A stretch of 64,000 bases of DNA from Smithellaceae bacterium (lineage in GTDB: Bacteria > Desulfobacterota > Syntrophia > Syntrophales > Smithellaceae): NCBI GenBank assembly GCA_963667845.2, contig CAXXVL010000002.1:224001-288000 (forward strand), given 5' to 3'. The notes below the pieces were generated by a model. The model did no database searches. It had not been told where the DNA came from and saw only the letters and a list, made by a program, of their open reading frames with translations. The translations under genes and the position numbers were made by a program. Numbering within the stretch: position 1 is the first letter of the stretch; every line of letters begins with the position of its first letter. Below, piece by piece: positions 9,803-19,391 of the stretch.

Positions 9803-9994
9803 ATTTTCCTCCTTCAGAGTATACGACCTTGGCTGTGTAAATATACCTGCAATACATCCTGATTTCAATTTATTTTAGACTGTCGGATTGCGTCAAAGGC
9901 CGTGATGCCATGCTTAAACTCAGGGGCCGGCAGTAAACATGGCAAAGCTGTTTCAGACTTCGTGAATCTTCATATTCTCTCCCGATCCGCGATA

Positions 9995-10288
9995 TCAAGC
10001 CAGCGTGATCAATTGATCCAGGCTGGCCATCACCAGGGTTTCCCGCACCGCGGGACTGATATTGACGATGGAGAAATTTTTACCTTTCAGGCGCACCATG
10101 GTAATCAATATCCGAATGAACCCCGACGAGATGTATTCCACGCCGGCAAAGTCAAACTTGACCGTCAGACACTTGTCATGGGCGGCAATCGTATCGGCTA
10201 TCTCGCGTTGCTGCGCCATGGCCGACAACGTGTCCAGTCGTTCAGCAAAGCGAAACACCAGGGTATGGTCGATGATCCTGCTTTCCAT
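9995..10288 (-). CDS. STAS-domain anti-sigma factor antagonist
   Basis: 'RLDT', 'FDFAGVEYISSGFIRIL', 'VRETL.MASLD'. Confidence 0.85.
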   Translation of the reverse strand: MESRIIDHTLVFRFAERLDTLSAMAQQREIADTIAAHDKCLTVKFDFAGVEYISSGFIRILITMVRLKGKNFSIVNISPAVRETLVMASLDQLITLA

Positions 10289-10491
10289 GACGTCCCCCCC
10301 ACTCCCATTCTGCTCGGATTTACCATTATATGCTTGCGACGGGTCGATGCCTCCGACCGGCCCTGATGTGCATGCAGTATACTGATTCCCCGGGTTTGTC
10401 AAACAAGGGAAGAGGCAGAGACAACGGCGGATGCGCTCCCTTCAGGAATCAACGGCCTGTCGCCGCAACCATTATCCCCATTGCTTCTCAG

Positions 10492-10944
10492 TCATCTGAC
10501 CTGAAAAAAGATATAAAGAAAAATGATTATCGCTAAAACCGAGATGCCCATGATCAATGTCCGTATATTGAAACCGACGGGTCTGATTTTTGCGGGCTTC
10601 CCCGGGATGGTGTTTGCGTATGATTCATGTCCTGCCGGCAAATCACTTATGTCAGTCGCCGTAATGATGTTAGCAGTTGCCGTCCCGTTTTCTGCCGCTT
10701 TTAACACTTTTTCGTAAAGTCTCCGGACGTCCTGAGGCATCGCATCAATGCTCTTGTATTCTTCACCGTTGAAGATAATTTTGGTCTGGATTGCTGCGGG
10801 ATTCATGAGCTTGCCTAAGCCCGCCTGAGAAGCCATGGCCTTTTCAAAAGCGCTCCGGATATCAGATGGCATTTCCTCGAGGGAGTTGTATTCTTTTCCG
10901 TTAATCTTAAATTTGCGTTTCACATTTACATTGACGTTCATCAT
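10492..10944 (-). CDS. Hypothetical protein with internal duplication and C-terminal TM anchor
   Basis: AAGAGGAA RBS; repeat INGKEYNSLEEMPSDIR / FNGEEYKSIDAMPQDVR; hydrophobic C-terminus. Confidence 0.8.
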   Translation of the reverse strand: MMNVNVNVKRKFKINGKEYNSLEEMPSDIRSAFEKAMASQAGLGKLMNPAAIQTKIIFNGEEYKSIDAMPQDVRRLYEKVLKAAENGTATANIITATDISDLPAGHESYANTIPGKPAKIRPVGFNIRTLIMGISVLAIIIFLYIFFQVR

Positions 10945-11041
10945 GCTTTCCTCTTGATGCGTTTGGCACAGACAAAGAAAATATAGATTGAACAACGTTG
11001 CTGGCGATGCCGGAACTCACAATATATAAGGGCGGCCCTCT

Positions 11042-11329
11042 TCATTTCACTGATTCAAGATCCTTGGAATCGTCAATCTTTTCCCGATCCCCACCGGGCA
11101 AAGGTTTAAACGGCTCCGTTTTCTTCAGTACCGGCCTGACTTCCGTTCGGGCAGGCGCCAGCGGCTTTGCCGGTGCCGGCAATTGTTTCCGGGGCTCCGC
11201 GACGGGCGTTGTTTTTCTTCTCGGGCTGTCGCCTTCAGGATCGCGCAAAGTGACCGGACCGGCCGCGACCGCGGTCGAAAAAACGCCAAGACATAAAATT
11301 GCGGCGAAAATGGACAAAATAGTTTTCAG
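11042..11329 (-). CDS. Small secreted Pro/Lys-rich protein (probable CTG start)
   Basis: AGGAGG lies 6 nt before a CTG codon; signal peptide ending in AVAA. Confidence 0.6.
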   Translation of the reverse strand: MKTILSIFAAILCLGVFSTAVAAGPVTLRDPEGDSPRRKTTPVAEPRKQLPAPAKPLAPARTEVRPVLKKTEPFKPLPGGDREKIDDSKDLESVK

Positions 11330-11449
11330 GATGAGCCTCCTGAAGCTTAGCCAACAAGCCGCGCTCCGATGACTGCAAAGCAACCATATTCGACATAATT
11401 TTTCAATGGAAAGTCGCTGTTCGCTTTACGTAGTTGAGCGGAGACCGGA

Positions 11450-11582
11450 GGGAGACCAGGACATCCTTATGTTGTCAAATGACTCGCCAAAATGACCCAT
11501 GGAAATTTACACATACCATCGGCTTCAGAGTGCTATCAATTTCAACAACTTAAATACTTAAGGGTGTCCCATAGGTCTGCCC
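11450..11582. mobile_element. MITE/REPIN-like relic bounded by imperfect inverted repeats
   Basis: GGGAGACCAGGACATCCTTA ... TAAGGGTGTCCCATAGGTCTGCCC. Confidence 0.5.
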
Positions 11583-11658
11583 TGTAAAATATCAGCATCA
11601 TCTGATTAACATTTCGATATTTACATAATGATGATGCGTTAAATATGTCGAATAAACC

Positions 11659-11837
11659 GCAGTTTCAGCGGCGCGGGGCTTTAGCGAATCATGCCCGAAA
11701 CGTTGTGGCGCTTAGCGAAAATGGAGCATAAGACAGCCAAACTGTTTGAGCCCGAAGGGCGAGTTTTTGGCTGTTGCGGAATGAGGTTAGCGCCACAGTT
11801 GAGGGCATTGAGCAAAGGCTCGCTCCTCTGAGACTGC
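11659..11837. repeat. ~180-bp imperfect palindrome
   Basis: Nested arms GCAGTTTCAG/CTGAGACTGC, ATGCCC/GGGCAT, TGTGGCGCT/AGCGCCACA, ACAGCCAAA/TTTGGCTGT around CCC-GAA-GGG. Confidence 0.75.
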
Positions 11838-11876
11838 CACCACCTGGAAAAGTAATCCGAAAAGAAAGATATTTTA

Positions 11877-11953
11877 AGATTGCCCCGGCTCCTAATGTCG
11901 CCTCGCAATGACTATGTCGGATGCCGCGCAGACCGAGGGCTGCTCGCAATGAC
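11877..11953. repeat. Two tandem REP-like units ending CTCGCAATGAC
   Basis: AGATTGCC...CTCGCAATGAC (11877-11912) and GATGCC...CTCGCAATGAC (11920-11953). Confidence 0.65.
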
Positions 11954-11977
11954 GAGGAGCGGAAAACGTTCCAACGC

Positions 11978-12013
11978 AAGAGGCCTCACCGCCGGAAGGT
12001 GGTGAGGCCTCTT
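11978..12013 (-). terminator. Strong hairpin downstream of the acyl-CoA ligase
   Basis: AAGAGGCCTCACCGCC-GGAA-GGTGGTGAGGCCTCTT. Confidence 0.7.
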
Positions 12014-12077
12014 ATCTAACAATCTTCAAAATTTTCGTAGCAATGCTTGAAACCAGAAGCTGAAAACTGTCTTTGCG

Positions 12078-13871
12078 CTATTTCGCGTAGAGTGCATCAA
12101 TCTGTTTCTGGTATTTTTCAAAGACCTTGCTTCTCTTCAATTTCATGGTCTGCGTCAGCATGCCGTTCTCCAGGGAGAAAGGTTCGGCAATGAAAATGAA
12201 TTTTCTCGGGATTTCATAGCTTCCGTAAGTGGTCTTCAGTTGATTGACAATTTCGGTCTCCAGGAATTTCTTTGTTTCATCCTTTTTCAACAGCTCGGCA
12301 TGGTCCTTGGGCAGATTATTTTTTTCCGCCCATTTGTCGAGTGCGGCAAAGTCCGGTATAATAAGGGCAATATTAAACTCACGGCCTTCCCCATAGATCA
12401 TGGCGTTTTCAACGTAATGGTTTAGCTTGATATCTTCTTCAATTGATACTGGAAATACATATTTGCCATTTTCGAGTTTAAACTGTTCTTTGAGTCTGCC
12501 CGTGATAAACAGGAAGCCTTCCTCATCAAGACGACCGCGGTCGCCTGTCCGGAATCCTCCGTCCGGCGTCATAACAGCCGCTGTTGCTTCCTGCTTGTTA
12601 AAATATCCCTGCATGACGTTAGGTCCGTAAATGATTATTTCCCCATCGTTTGCGTCCTGTCCCGTAACCGATTTGTCGATGACGATTTTACCTAGACCCA
12701 TGGCGGGGCCTACGCTGCCGATCTTGTATTTCGTCGGGCGATTCATGGTTGCTCCCGGCGAAGTCTCGGTTAACCCGTAAGCGTCATAAAGCGGGATACC
12801 CATATCCCAGAAAAAATGAGAAATTTCCGGATTCATCATGGCGCTTCCTGTCATGGAGCCTTTTAATCTGCCGCCAAGCTTTTCACGGATTTTCTTGAAA
12901 ACTATCGCATCGGCAATCTTAAATTTAAGATTCGTCATGAAGGAGGATTTTCCCTGTGTGGCCAGTTCCCGTTTCTTCTTTGCACTCTCCACTCCCATGA
13001 CAAATAACGTCTTGGCCAACCCGCCTTCTTCGTTCATTTTCGTCCATAAGCCGTCATATACTTTATTAAAAACTCTGGGAACAGCGGTCATGAATGTCGG
13101 TTTGACCAGACCTAAGTCTTCGCCGATGGTTGCAGCACTTTCTGCAAGACCTATTGATCCGCCAAGAAGACAGTAAATGACAAGTTCCCCTAGTCCGAAG
13201 ACATGTGCCCATGGCAGGATGGATAATGATGTATCGTTTTCATTCAGGTCAGGGAAGCAAACTGCAGCGGCGTGAGCGTTGCTGGTAATGTTGCCCTGAG
13301 AAAGAAGTACTCCCTTCGGATCACCGGTCGTTCCTGATGTGTAAATCAGGATGCAGATGTCTGATTGTTTCGGATATATACTTTTAACCGGCTTGGCTGC
13401 GCCTTTCTTTTCCAGATCCGCCAGGGTATCCGGCCCATTGCCTTCCATGACAATGACTTTCTCCAGGGTGGAAATTCCAGAAAGGGCATCTTTTATTTTG
13501 TCATATATTGCCTTTTTGCTGATCAAGAGAACTTTTACTTTAGCGTCATTGACAATGTATTTCCAAACCTGTACCAGCTCAGCTTCATACATGGGGACAA
13601 ATCGCGCGCCCAGGCCGCTGTTGGCGAAAAAAGTTACAGCCCAGTCTGTGCTGTTGTTGCAGATAATACCGACCGCATCGTCCTTTTGAACCCCCAACTG
13701 ACTCAAGCCGCCTCTTAAATTATCCACACGCTTTCCAAAATCAGCAAAGGTGATCCATTCATATTGCTTCAATTGTTTGTTCTTCGTCCCGAGAAAAGGC
13801 CGCCCGGGAAATTTTGCCACTGACTTCTCCAATATTTCCACTACATTGTCCGGTTTCATTAACTGATACAT
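12078..13871 (-). CDS. fadD: Long-chain fatty acid--CoA ligase (AMP-forming)
   Basis: 'YTSGTTGDPKG', 'YGLTETS', 'FRTGDRG', 'ITGRLKE'. Confidence 0.95.
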   Translation of the reverse strand: MYQLMKPDNVVEILEKSVAKFPGRPFLGTKNKQLKQYEWITFADFGKRVDNLRGGLSQLGVQKDDAVGIICNNSTDWAVTFFANSGLGARFVPMYEAELVQVWKYIVNDAKVKVLLISKKAIYDKIKDALSGISTLEKVIVMEGNGPDTLADLEKKGAAKPVKSIYPKQSDICILIYTSGTTGDPKGVLLSQGNITSNAHAAAVCFPDLNENDTSLSILPWAHVFGLGELVIYCLLGGSIGLAESAATIGEDLGLVKPTFMTAVPRVFNKVYDGLWTKMNEEGGLAKTLFVMGVESAKKKRELATQGKSSFMTNLKFKIADAIVFKKIREKLGGRLKGSMTGSAMMNPEISHFFWDMGIPLYDAYGLTETSPGATMNRPTKYKIGSVGPAMGLGKIVIDKSVTGQDANDGEIIIYGPNVMQGYFNKQEATAAVMTPDGGFRTGDRGRLDEEGFLFITGRLKEQFKLENGKYVFPVSIEEDIKLNHYVENAMIYGEGREFNIALIIPDFAALDKWAEKNNLPKDHAELLKKDETKKFLETEIVNQLKTTYGSYEIPRKFIFIAEPFSLENGMLTQTMKLKRSKVFEKYQKQIDALYAK

Positions 13872-13991
13872 ATGTTCCCTCCTAGGATTTGGTAAATATT
13901 GCTTTTGCTGGAAGACGGTAAAGAGCTCTCATAATGAACAAAGACGTGTAACAGATAAACGGAAATGGTCAATCTATATAATCTATAGGTG

Positions 13992-14016
13992 TAATGTAGT
14001 ACGATACCCTACATTA
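13992..14016. promoter_or_regulatory. Perfect 8-bp inverted repeat upstream of fadD, candidate activator site
   Basis: TAATGTAG-N9-CTACATTA, ~20 bp upstream of TTGACC (13967-13972, minus strand). Confidence 0.55.
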
Positions 14017-14026
14017 ATGACGAATT

Positions 14027-15760
14027 CTAAGTCAGGGCAAGCAGGTAAGACCGGAGATTGGTATCCGAAGAGACGAGGTTCAATTTCTCACGAATGCTGT
14101 TTCGATAGGAATTGACCGTCCCGACGGACAGGTTGAAGACCTCGGCAATGTCTTTGGAGCTTTTCCCCTGTTTGATCAGGGCGGCGACCTGAAGCTCCCT
14201 GGGGGAAAGGCTTTTGTAGGCGATGGAGAGCTGGTTGATAAAGGGCGAGGCGATATTATGCAGGTTGGTTTCCAGCACATTCAAGTATTCCAGTTTCTGC
14301 TTGCCTGCGTGCGCGCCGCGCAATTTCTGGACGTAGGGGATCACCAGCTGATGGATGTTGGACTGCAGGGACTCCTGAAGGTTCTTCTGATCTTCATCAC
14401 GGCTCTTTAAAAGAACGCGCAGGGTCGTGTTGATTTCCTGCAGTTCGAAGGTGCGTTCCTTAACGCGGGTTTCCAGTTCATCGAGGGTTTTCTGCAGATT
14501 TTCTTCCACTCTTTTTCTCACCGTGATGTCGCGTATGCCGAAAACAGCCCCCAGGAAATTTCTCTGCTGATCCAGCATATAGGCCCCGGTTGCTTCCAGC
14601 CATATATATTCGCCGCGCGCATGCTTGTAGCGGCACTCGATCTTACCCGGAGAAAATGTGGCGAGCGAATCCCTCAAAACCTTTTCAATGGCGGGAAGAT
14701 CTTCCGGATGGATAAAATCCGTAAGCGATTTCCCTTCCCTGTCTCTGGCCGCGTATCCCATGACGCTGGATACGGACGGGCTGATGTAAACGATTTTGAA
14801 ATCCCGGTCCGTCATGACAATGATATCCTTCATATTGTCCGTAACCAGACGCAGACGTTCCTCGCTTTCGCGCAGCGCCTCCTGTGCCCTTTTACGATCC
14901 GTAATGTTCAGCTGCGTGCCGGTAAACCGGAGCGGTTTCCCCTTCTCATCCCAGCTCACCACCCGCCCGCGCCCCAGGACCCAGATCCAGTCGCCCGACT
15001 TGTGGCGCAGACGATATTCCATTTCGACCAATTGGCGGTTGCCCGACATAATTTCCCGAACCTTTTCCTTGATATTCGGGAGGTCATCCGGGTGGATGAT
15101 TTTCATCCAGGCGTCAATATTAAGGGCCAGAAAGTCCTCTCTTTGATAGCCGAGCATACCAAGATAACGATCATCGACATAGGACACGCCTGTCCTGCTG
15201 TTGATATCGTACAGGCCGAGCTCCGCTCCGGCCAGCACCAGTTCCATTCTCTCCTGGATGCTGCGGATGGCCTCTTCGGCTTTTTTGCGTTCGGTGATAT
15301 TGTGATAAAGGGTTCTGAATCCGGTAGGCTGCCCGTGACTGTCCCTAATCAGGCTGACCGTGCATTCATACAGGTTTTTTTCTCCGGCTTTATTGACCGA
15401 TTCCAGCTCGGAGCTTGTCGAGGGGATGCCTGTTTTGTAGACTTCGTTATAAATCCGGAAGGCAGCGTCAATTTCTTTCGGGTCGATATAGTTGCGAAAG
15501 TTGCGCCCCTGCAGCTCCTCGCGGTTATAGCCAATGGCCTTGACGTAGGCTTCATTGAAATAAAGGGTATTGCCGGCCAGGTCATGCTCGGCATAGGGCT
15601 CCGAAATGGTTTCGATCGCGGCGCGATACCTCGCCTCACTCTCCTTGAGGAGGTCGCCGGGAAAGGCCTGCCTGTCGATCCGTTCCTTTTCTGCAAGGCA
15701 TGCACGCAGACGCTGCAATTCCCCGACAAGCTGTTCCTTTGTTTTTTCCCGATCTTCCAT
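14027..15760 (-). CDS. Triple-PAS LuxR-family transcriptional regulator
   Basis: Three PAS/PAC domains plus HTH 'LSPRELQVA.LIKQG.SSKDIA..FNLS.GTV..YR'; start set at MEDREK. Confidence 0.9.
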   Translation of the reverse strand: MEDREKTKEQLVGELQRLRACLAEKERIDRQAFPGDLLKESEARYRAAIETISEPYAEHDLAGNTLYFNEAYVKAIGYNREELQGRNFRNYIDPKEIDAAFRIYNEVYKTGIPSTSSELESVNKAGEKNLYECTVSLIRDSHGQPTGFRTLYHNITERKKAEEAIRSIQERMELVLAGAELGLYDINSRTGVSYVDDRYLGMLGYQREDFLALNIDAWMKIIHPDDLPNIKEKVREIMSGNRQLVEMEYRLRHKSGDWIWVLGRGRVVSWDEKGKPLRFTGTQLNITDRKRAQEALRESEERLRLVTDNMKDIIVMTDRDFKIVYISPSVSSVMGYAARDREGKSLTDFIHPEDLPAIEKVLRDSLATFSPGKIECRYKHARGEYIWLEATGAYMLDQQRNFLGAVFGIRDITVRKRVEENLQKTLDELETRVKERTFELQEINTTLRVLLKSRDEDQKNLQESLQSNIHQLVIPYVQKLRGAHAGKQKLEYLNVLETNLHNIASPFINQLSIAYKSLSPRELQVAALIKQGKSSKDIAEVFNLSVGTVNSYRNSIREKLNLVSSDTNLRSYLLALT

Positions 15761-15803
15761 AACCTTTTCCCTGCGGGAAATTTGATGACAGGGCGTGCCT
15801 TCC

Positions 15804-17249
15804 CTACTTCGCGGGAAGCGCCGCCCCGCGTTTCTTATGGTAGAGAGCAAACTTGCCCAGCGCCAGGGCCGCCCGCTGGATCGAGGGGAAGACGGTAATC
15901 CCCGCGGTGGCCAGCGCTTTGCCCGCATCGAGGGCCAGCTTCCGCATCTCGGCCGAACTATAGCTGTGCAGGATAACCGCAAGCGGTTTACCGATTTCTT
16001 TCTTAAATTGCTTGATCAGTTCGAGATACACACCGATCATAAACTCCTTGTCTTTGATGGAGATCAGGCCGAAATGGTCAAACGCCACATGGATAATGAG
16101 CAGGTCCGCTTCCTCCGACTGATCAAGGGTTTTCATCGTCTTTAAGAAAATGTCGGCGCTTTCAAAATTGTTGAGGTCGATGGGATTCTTAAAAATCCGG
16201 CCGGCCTCCGTGGAGAAAAGTTCGATCAGACTCCGGCGCAGCTTGTCGCTCAACCTTGGCAGCGTAAGGCCCGCACGCGTAAATTCATCCGCCAGGAGAA
16301 CGCTGGCGCCGCCGCCGATGCCGATAATCACGATCTTGTTTCCCGCGGGCGCCGGCATGTGCTCGAAGGCCAGCGTGAGATCCATCATTTCTTCGATGCT
16401 GCCGGCGCGGACGGCCCCCGCCTGCCTGAGAATGCCGTCCCATACCCCGTCTGCGCCGGCCATCGCGGTGGTATGCGATACCGCCGCTTCGGCGCCCGAC
16501 GCGGAGGTGCCCACTTTTAAGATGATGGTGGGTTTGGTCCCGGCGGCTCTTTTCAGCGCCTTGAAAAAGCGCGGCCCCTGCCGGACGCCCTCGATGTAGG
16601 CGGTGATAATTTTCGTCTCCTCATCATCCGCCAGATATTCGAGGTAGTCCGATTCGTTCAGATCGGCGCCGTTTCCCATACTGATGACCTTGCTGAACAA
16701 GACGCCCCGGCTGTTGCCTTCCTGCACGCAGTGCGCGGCATTGCCCCCGCTCTGCGAGATCATAGCGACCGGACCGCTCCCCTTTTCAAAGTCGGCATTG
16801 AAAGAAAGGCCGCCTCCCGGGCAATAAAGACCCAGGCAATTGGGTCCGATCACGCGGATGCCGCCCTTTTTCGCCCGGCCCATGATGTCCGCCTGCAGAC
16901 GCTTGCCTTCGGCATTTTCGATTTCGCTGAAACCCGAGGTAAAGAAGTGGATGGCCTTGACGCCTTTTTGGGCCGCATCGGCCACAAGCTGCGGCGTATA
17001 CGGGGCGGGAATGGCGGAGATGATGAAATCGACTTTATCCGGAATATCTTTGACGCTTTTATAGATGGTCATTCCATTGATTTCGCCGCCGCTTGGGTTC
17101 ATCGGATAAAGCTTCCCCTTGAAGCCGAATTGCATCAGGCTTTCGAGGTACTTCAGACCGGCGTTGAACTGTTTCACCTTCTCCGAAACACCGGCGATAG
17201 CAATCGTTTGAGGATGAAACAGGAAATCGAGATTTTCGGTATTTTTCAT
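15804..17249 (-). CDS. NDP-forming acyl-CoA synthetase alpha-like (CoA-binding) subunit
   Basis: 'IGPNCLG', 'SQSGG', 'SMGNGAD', phospho-His 'SHT', 'NPIDL'. Confidence 0.9.
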   Translation of the reverse strand: MKNTENLDFLFHPQTIAIAGVSEKVKQFNAGLKYLESLMQFGFKGKLYPMNPSGGEINGMTIYKSVKDIPDKVDFIISAIPAPYTPQLVADAAQKGVKAIHFFTSGFSEIENAEGKRLQADIMGRAKKGGIRVIGPNCLGLYCPGGGLSFNADFEKGSGPVAMISQSGGNAAHCVQEGNSRGVLFSKVISMGNGADLNESDYLEYLADDEETKIITAYIEGVRQGPRFFKALKRAAGTKPTIILKVGTSASGAEAAVSHTTAMAGADGVWDGILRQAGAVRAGSIEEMMDLTLAFEHMPAPAGNKIVIIGIGGGASVLLADEFTRAGLTLPRLSDKLRRSLIELFSTEAGRIFKNPIDLNNFESADIFLKTMKTLDQSEEADLLIIHVAFDHFGLISIKDKEFMIGVYLELIKQFKKEIGKPLAVILHSYSSAEMRKLALDAGKALATAGITVFPSIQRAALALGKFALYHKKRGAALPAK

Positions 17250-17463
17250 AGCGGATATCCTTCCTTTTCAAGAGAGCTTCCATTCCAGATGCACATACGC
17301 GATCCGGGGACTGAGACAGAGTCCTATTTTGGACGATCAAATGTCAAGCCTAAAAATGCAGGTCCATCCGATTCTTCGCTCCGGAGACCGGTCTTGGCCG
17401 GACTTGACATTCTTCTTCACCACTTTAATTTTAATAGAAGAAAAGGAACGAGGAGGTTATGGG

Positions 17464-17823
17464 ATGAGTAAAAGAATAGTGATTATTTTTCTATTGCTAG
17501 CTTTGCTCGGCTGCACGCCTTATGTTAAACGGGATTTCACCAGTTATTCTTTTAACGGCAAAGAAGTGAAATTGGGAATGAACGCAAGTGAAGTAAGTGA
17601 AATAGCCGGCCAGCCGACAAAAGTGACGATTCCGGAGTCGGTTTCGGACATTAGCAATAATACAATGTTTGCAAATGATCCGGCTTATCGGTATCTGTCC
17701 AGATATCATTCCTATCGGGAATACTGGCAATATGGAAGTTTGGAAGACGGCGACAAAGAACAGATCAAAATTACGATCGCCAATGGAAAAGTCACGAAGA
17801 TTCGGAAATGCACACTGAAGTAA
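17464..17823 (+). CDS. Lipoprotein, SmpA/BamE-like or DUF2845-like
   Basis: GAGGAGG RBS; lipobox LLGC; 'GM...EV..IAG.P', 'EYW.Y', 'NGKV'. Confidence 0.75.
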   Translation: MSKRIVIIFLLLALLGCTPYVKRDFTSYSFNGKEVKLGMNASEVSEIAGQPTKVTIPESVSDISNNTMFANDPAYRYLSRYHSYREYWQYGSLEDGDKEQIKITIANGKVTKIRKCTLK

Positions 17824-18326
17824 CGCCGTTTCGCTTAAGGCCCGTCATCGGCCGCTGCCGCCTCGCCCTCGTGTCCCGGCGAGAGCGACATCCTCTCACT
17901 GCCGCATTGTTAAATTGTAAAATCTATAGTATTTCCCCTGGCGGATTTTAAACCTTACGGATAGAAATGATCTCAGGTGTCACATTGTCATTTGCGGCGC
18001 TTGCGTCTCGTGGGCCGCGTGCTGTCGGTCCGGACTGCGCAGGAGATGAGGCGCGAAGAGACCGTCAACCGTAACGACGGCTATTCAGCCTGGACATCAC
18101 CCCTTAACAAGACTGCGCCCGTTCTCAAAAAAATCACTCCGATCACTACCGCTGTAAAGCGCCTCGGCTCTTCACCAGCCTGTTTCCTCCCGTCCGCTAA
18201 TGAGCGGCATTTTATCTCAAATGGCCAAATAGGAAGCTTTTTTAGATGCCTTCGGGTCGGTGGCGCGCAGGCATTGTAATCGCCCGTGACATTTGATAAG
18301 GATTATGCCCGTAAAGGAATCCGACG

Positions 18327-19391
18327 ATGAACGATATCTACGAACAATTGCGCGACAGGCTGGAAATGATGGCGACCGGCTACCCGGCGGCAAACGGCGT
18401 CGAGTTGAAAATCCTCCGGCAGCTTTTCAGCGAGGATGATGCGGACCTGTTTTTGAAGCTCACCACCAAACCGGAAACGGCCCCGGAGGTGGCCTCGCGG
18501 CTGGGGACCGATGCCGCGGACATCGCCGCCCGGCTGGAAGGGATGGCCCGCAGGGGGCTGATCTTCCGGGTCAGGCCCGATGACGAGATCCGCTATTTTC
18601 CGGTTCCTTTCATTGTCGGCATCTACGAGTTTCAGCTGAACAATTTAAACATGCCGCTTTTGAAAGATATCTCGCAGTATTATCTGACCGGCCTGGGCGC
18701 AACATTCCACGGGCAGAAAACGCCTCACCTGCGCTCCATTCCCATCAACGCCGAGATCGTCGCCGACCGCCCCGTCTTTCCCTACGATGACGCGGCTGCC
18801 ATTATCCGCAGCAAATCGCGCATTGCCGTGGCCGAGTGCTTCTGCCGCAAGGCCGTGCGGATGTATGGCAAAACCTGCGTGCATCCTCTGGAGACGTGCC
18901 TCCAGTTTGAGACCTTCGCCGACTATTATGTGGAAAACAAAATGGCGCGCTGGATCACCACGGACGAGGCTCTGGCCGTCCTGAAGCAAAGCGAGGCGGA
19001 AGGCCTGGTCATCCATATTCTGAACTCCCGGAAGGTCGAAGCGATGTGCTGCTGTTGCTCGTGCTGCTGCGGCATGCTGATTTCGCTTAAACTCTTCCCG
19101 GCCCCGGCCCGGGCGGTGAAAAGTAATTATGCCTGTCATTTTACCGCTACCCTCTGCACCGATTGCGGCATTTGCGCCGGGCGCTGCACTGTCGGGGCGT
19201 TCAAGATGAAGGATGACAAGATCGAGTTTCATGCCGACCGCTGCATCGGCTGCGGCCTTTGCGTCACCACCTGCCCCACCGCTGCACTTACGCTTGCGAA
19301 AAAATCCGCTGAACGTCTGTACACCCCGCCGCCCACGGTCTATGACACCTACGCCGTGATGAGCCGGGAGAAAGGGCATGGTCATGAATAA
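18327..19391 (+). CDS. HTH plus Cys-cluster plus 2x[4Fe-4S] protein (paralog of 2658..3650)
   Basis: CxCR, CCCCSCCC, two ferredoxin motifs. Confidence 0.85.
   Translation: MNDIYEQLRDRLEMMATGYPAANGVELKILRQLFSEDDADLFLKLTTKPETAPEVASRLGTDAADIAARLEGMARRGLIFRVRPDDEIRYFPVPFIVGIYEFQLNNLNMPLLKDISQYYLTGLGATFHGQKTPHLRSIPINAEIVADRPVFPYDDAAAIIRSKSRIAVAECFCRKAVRMYGKTCVHPLETCLQFETFADYYVENKMARWITTDEALAVLKQSEAEGLVIHILNSRKVEAMCCCCSCCCGMLISLKLFPAPARAVKSNYACHFTATLCTDCGICAGRCTVGAFKMKDDKIEFHADRCIGCGLCVTTCPTAALTLAKKSAERLYTPPPTVYDTYAVMSREKGHGHE

Noticed and set aside
14621..15898. Long antisense ORFs (this one, 6548..7456, 29081..30301, 50403..51386, 55726..56703 and others)
   Set aside because: They are shadows of well-supported genes on the opposite strand, with no motifs or RBS.
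17818..17914. Possible integron attC site after the AT-rich lipoprotein gene (TAAC ... GTTAAAT)
   Set aside because: The left site does not fit RYYYAAC or complement the right site, there is no clear internal palindrome, and no integrase is present.
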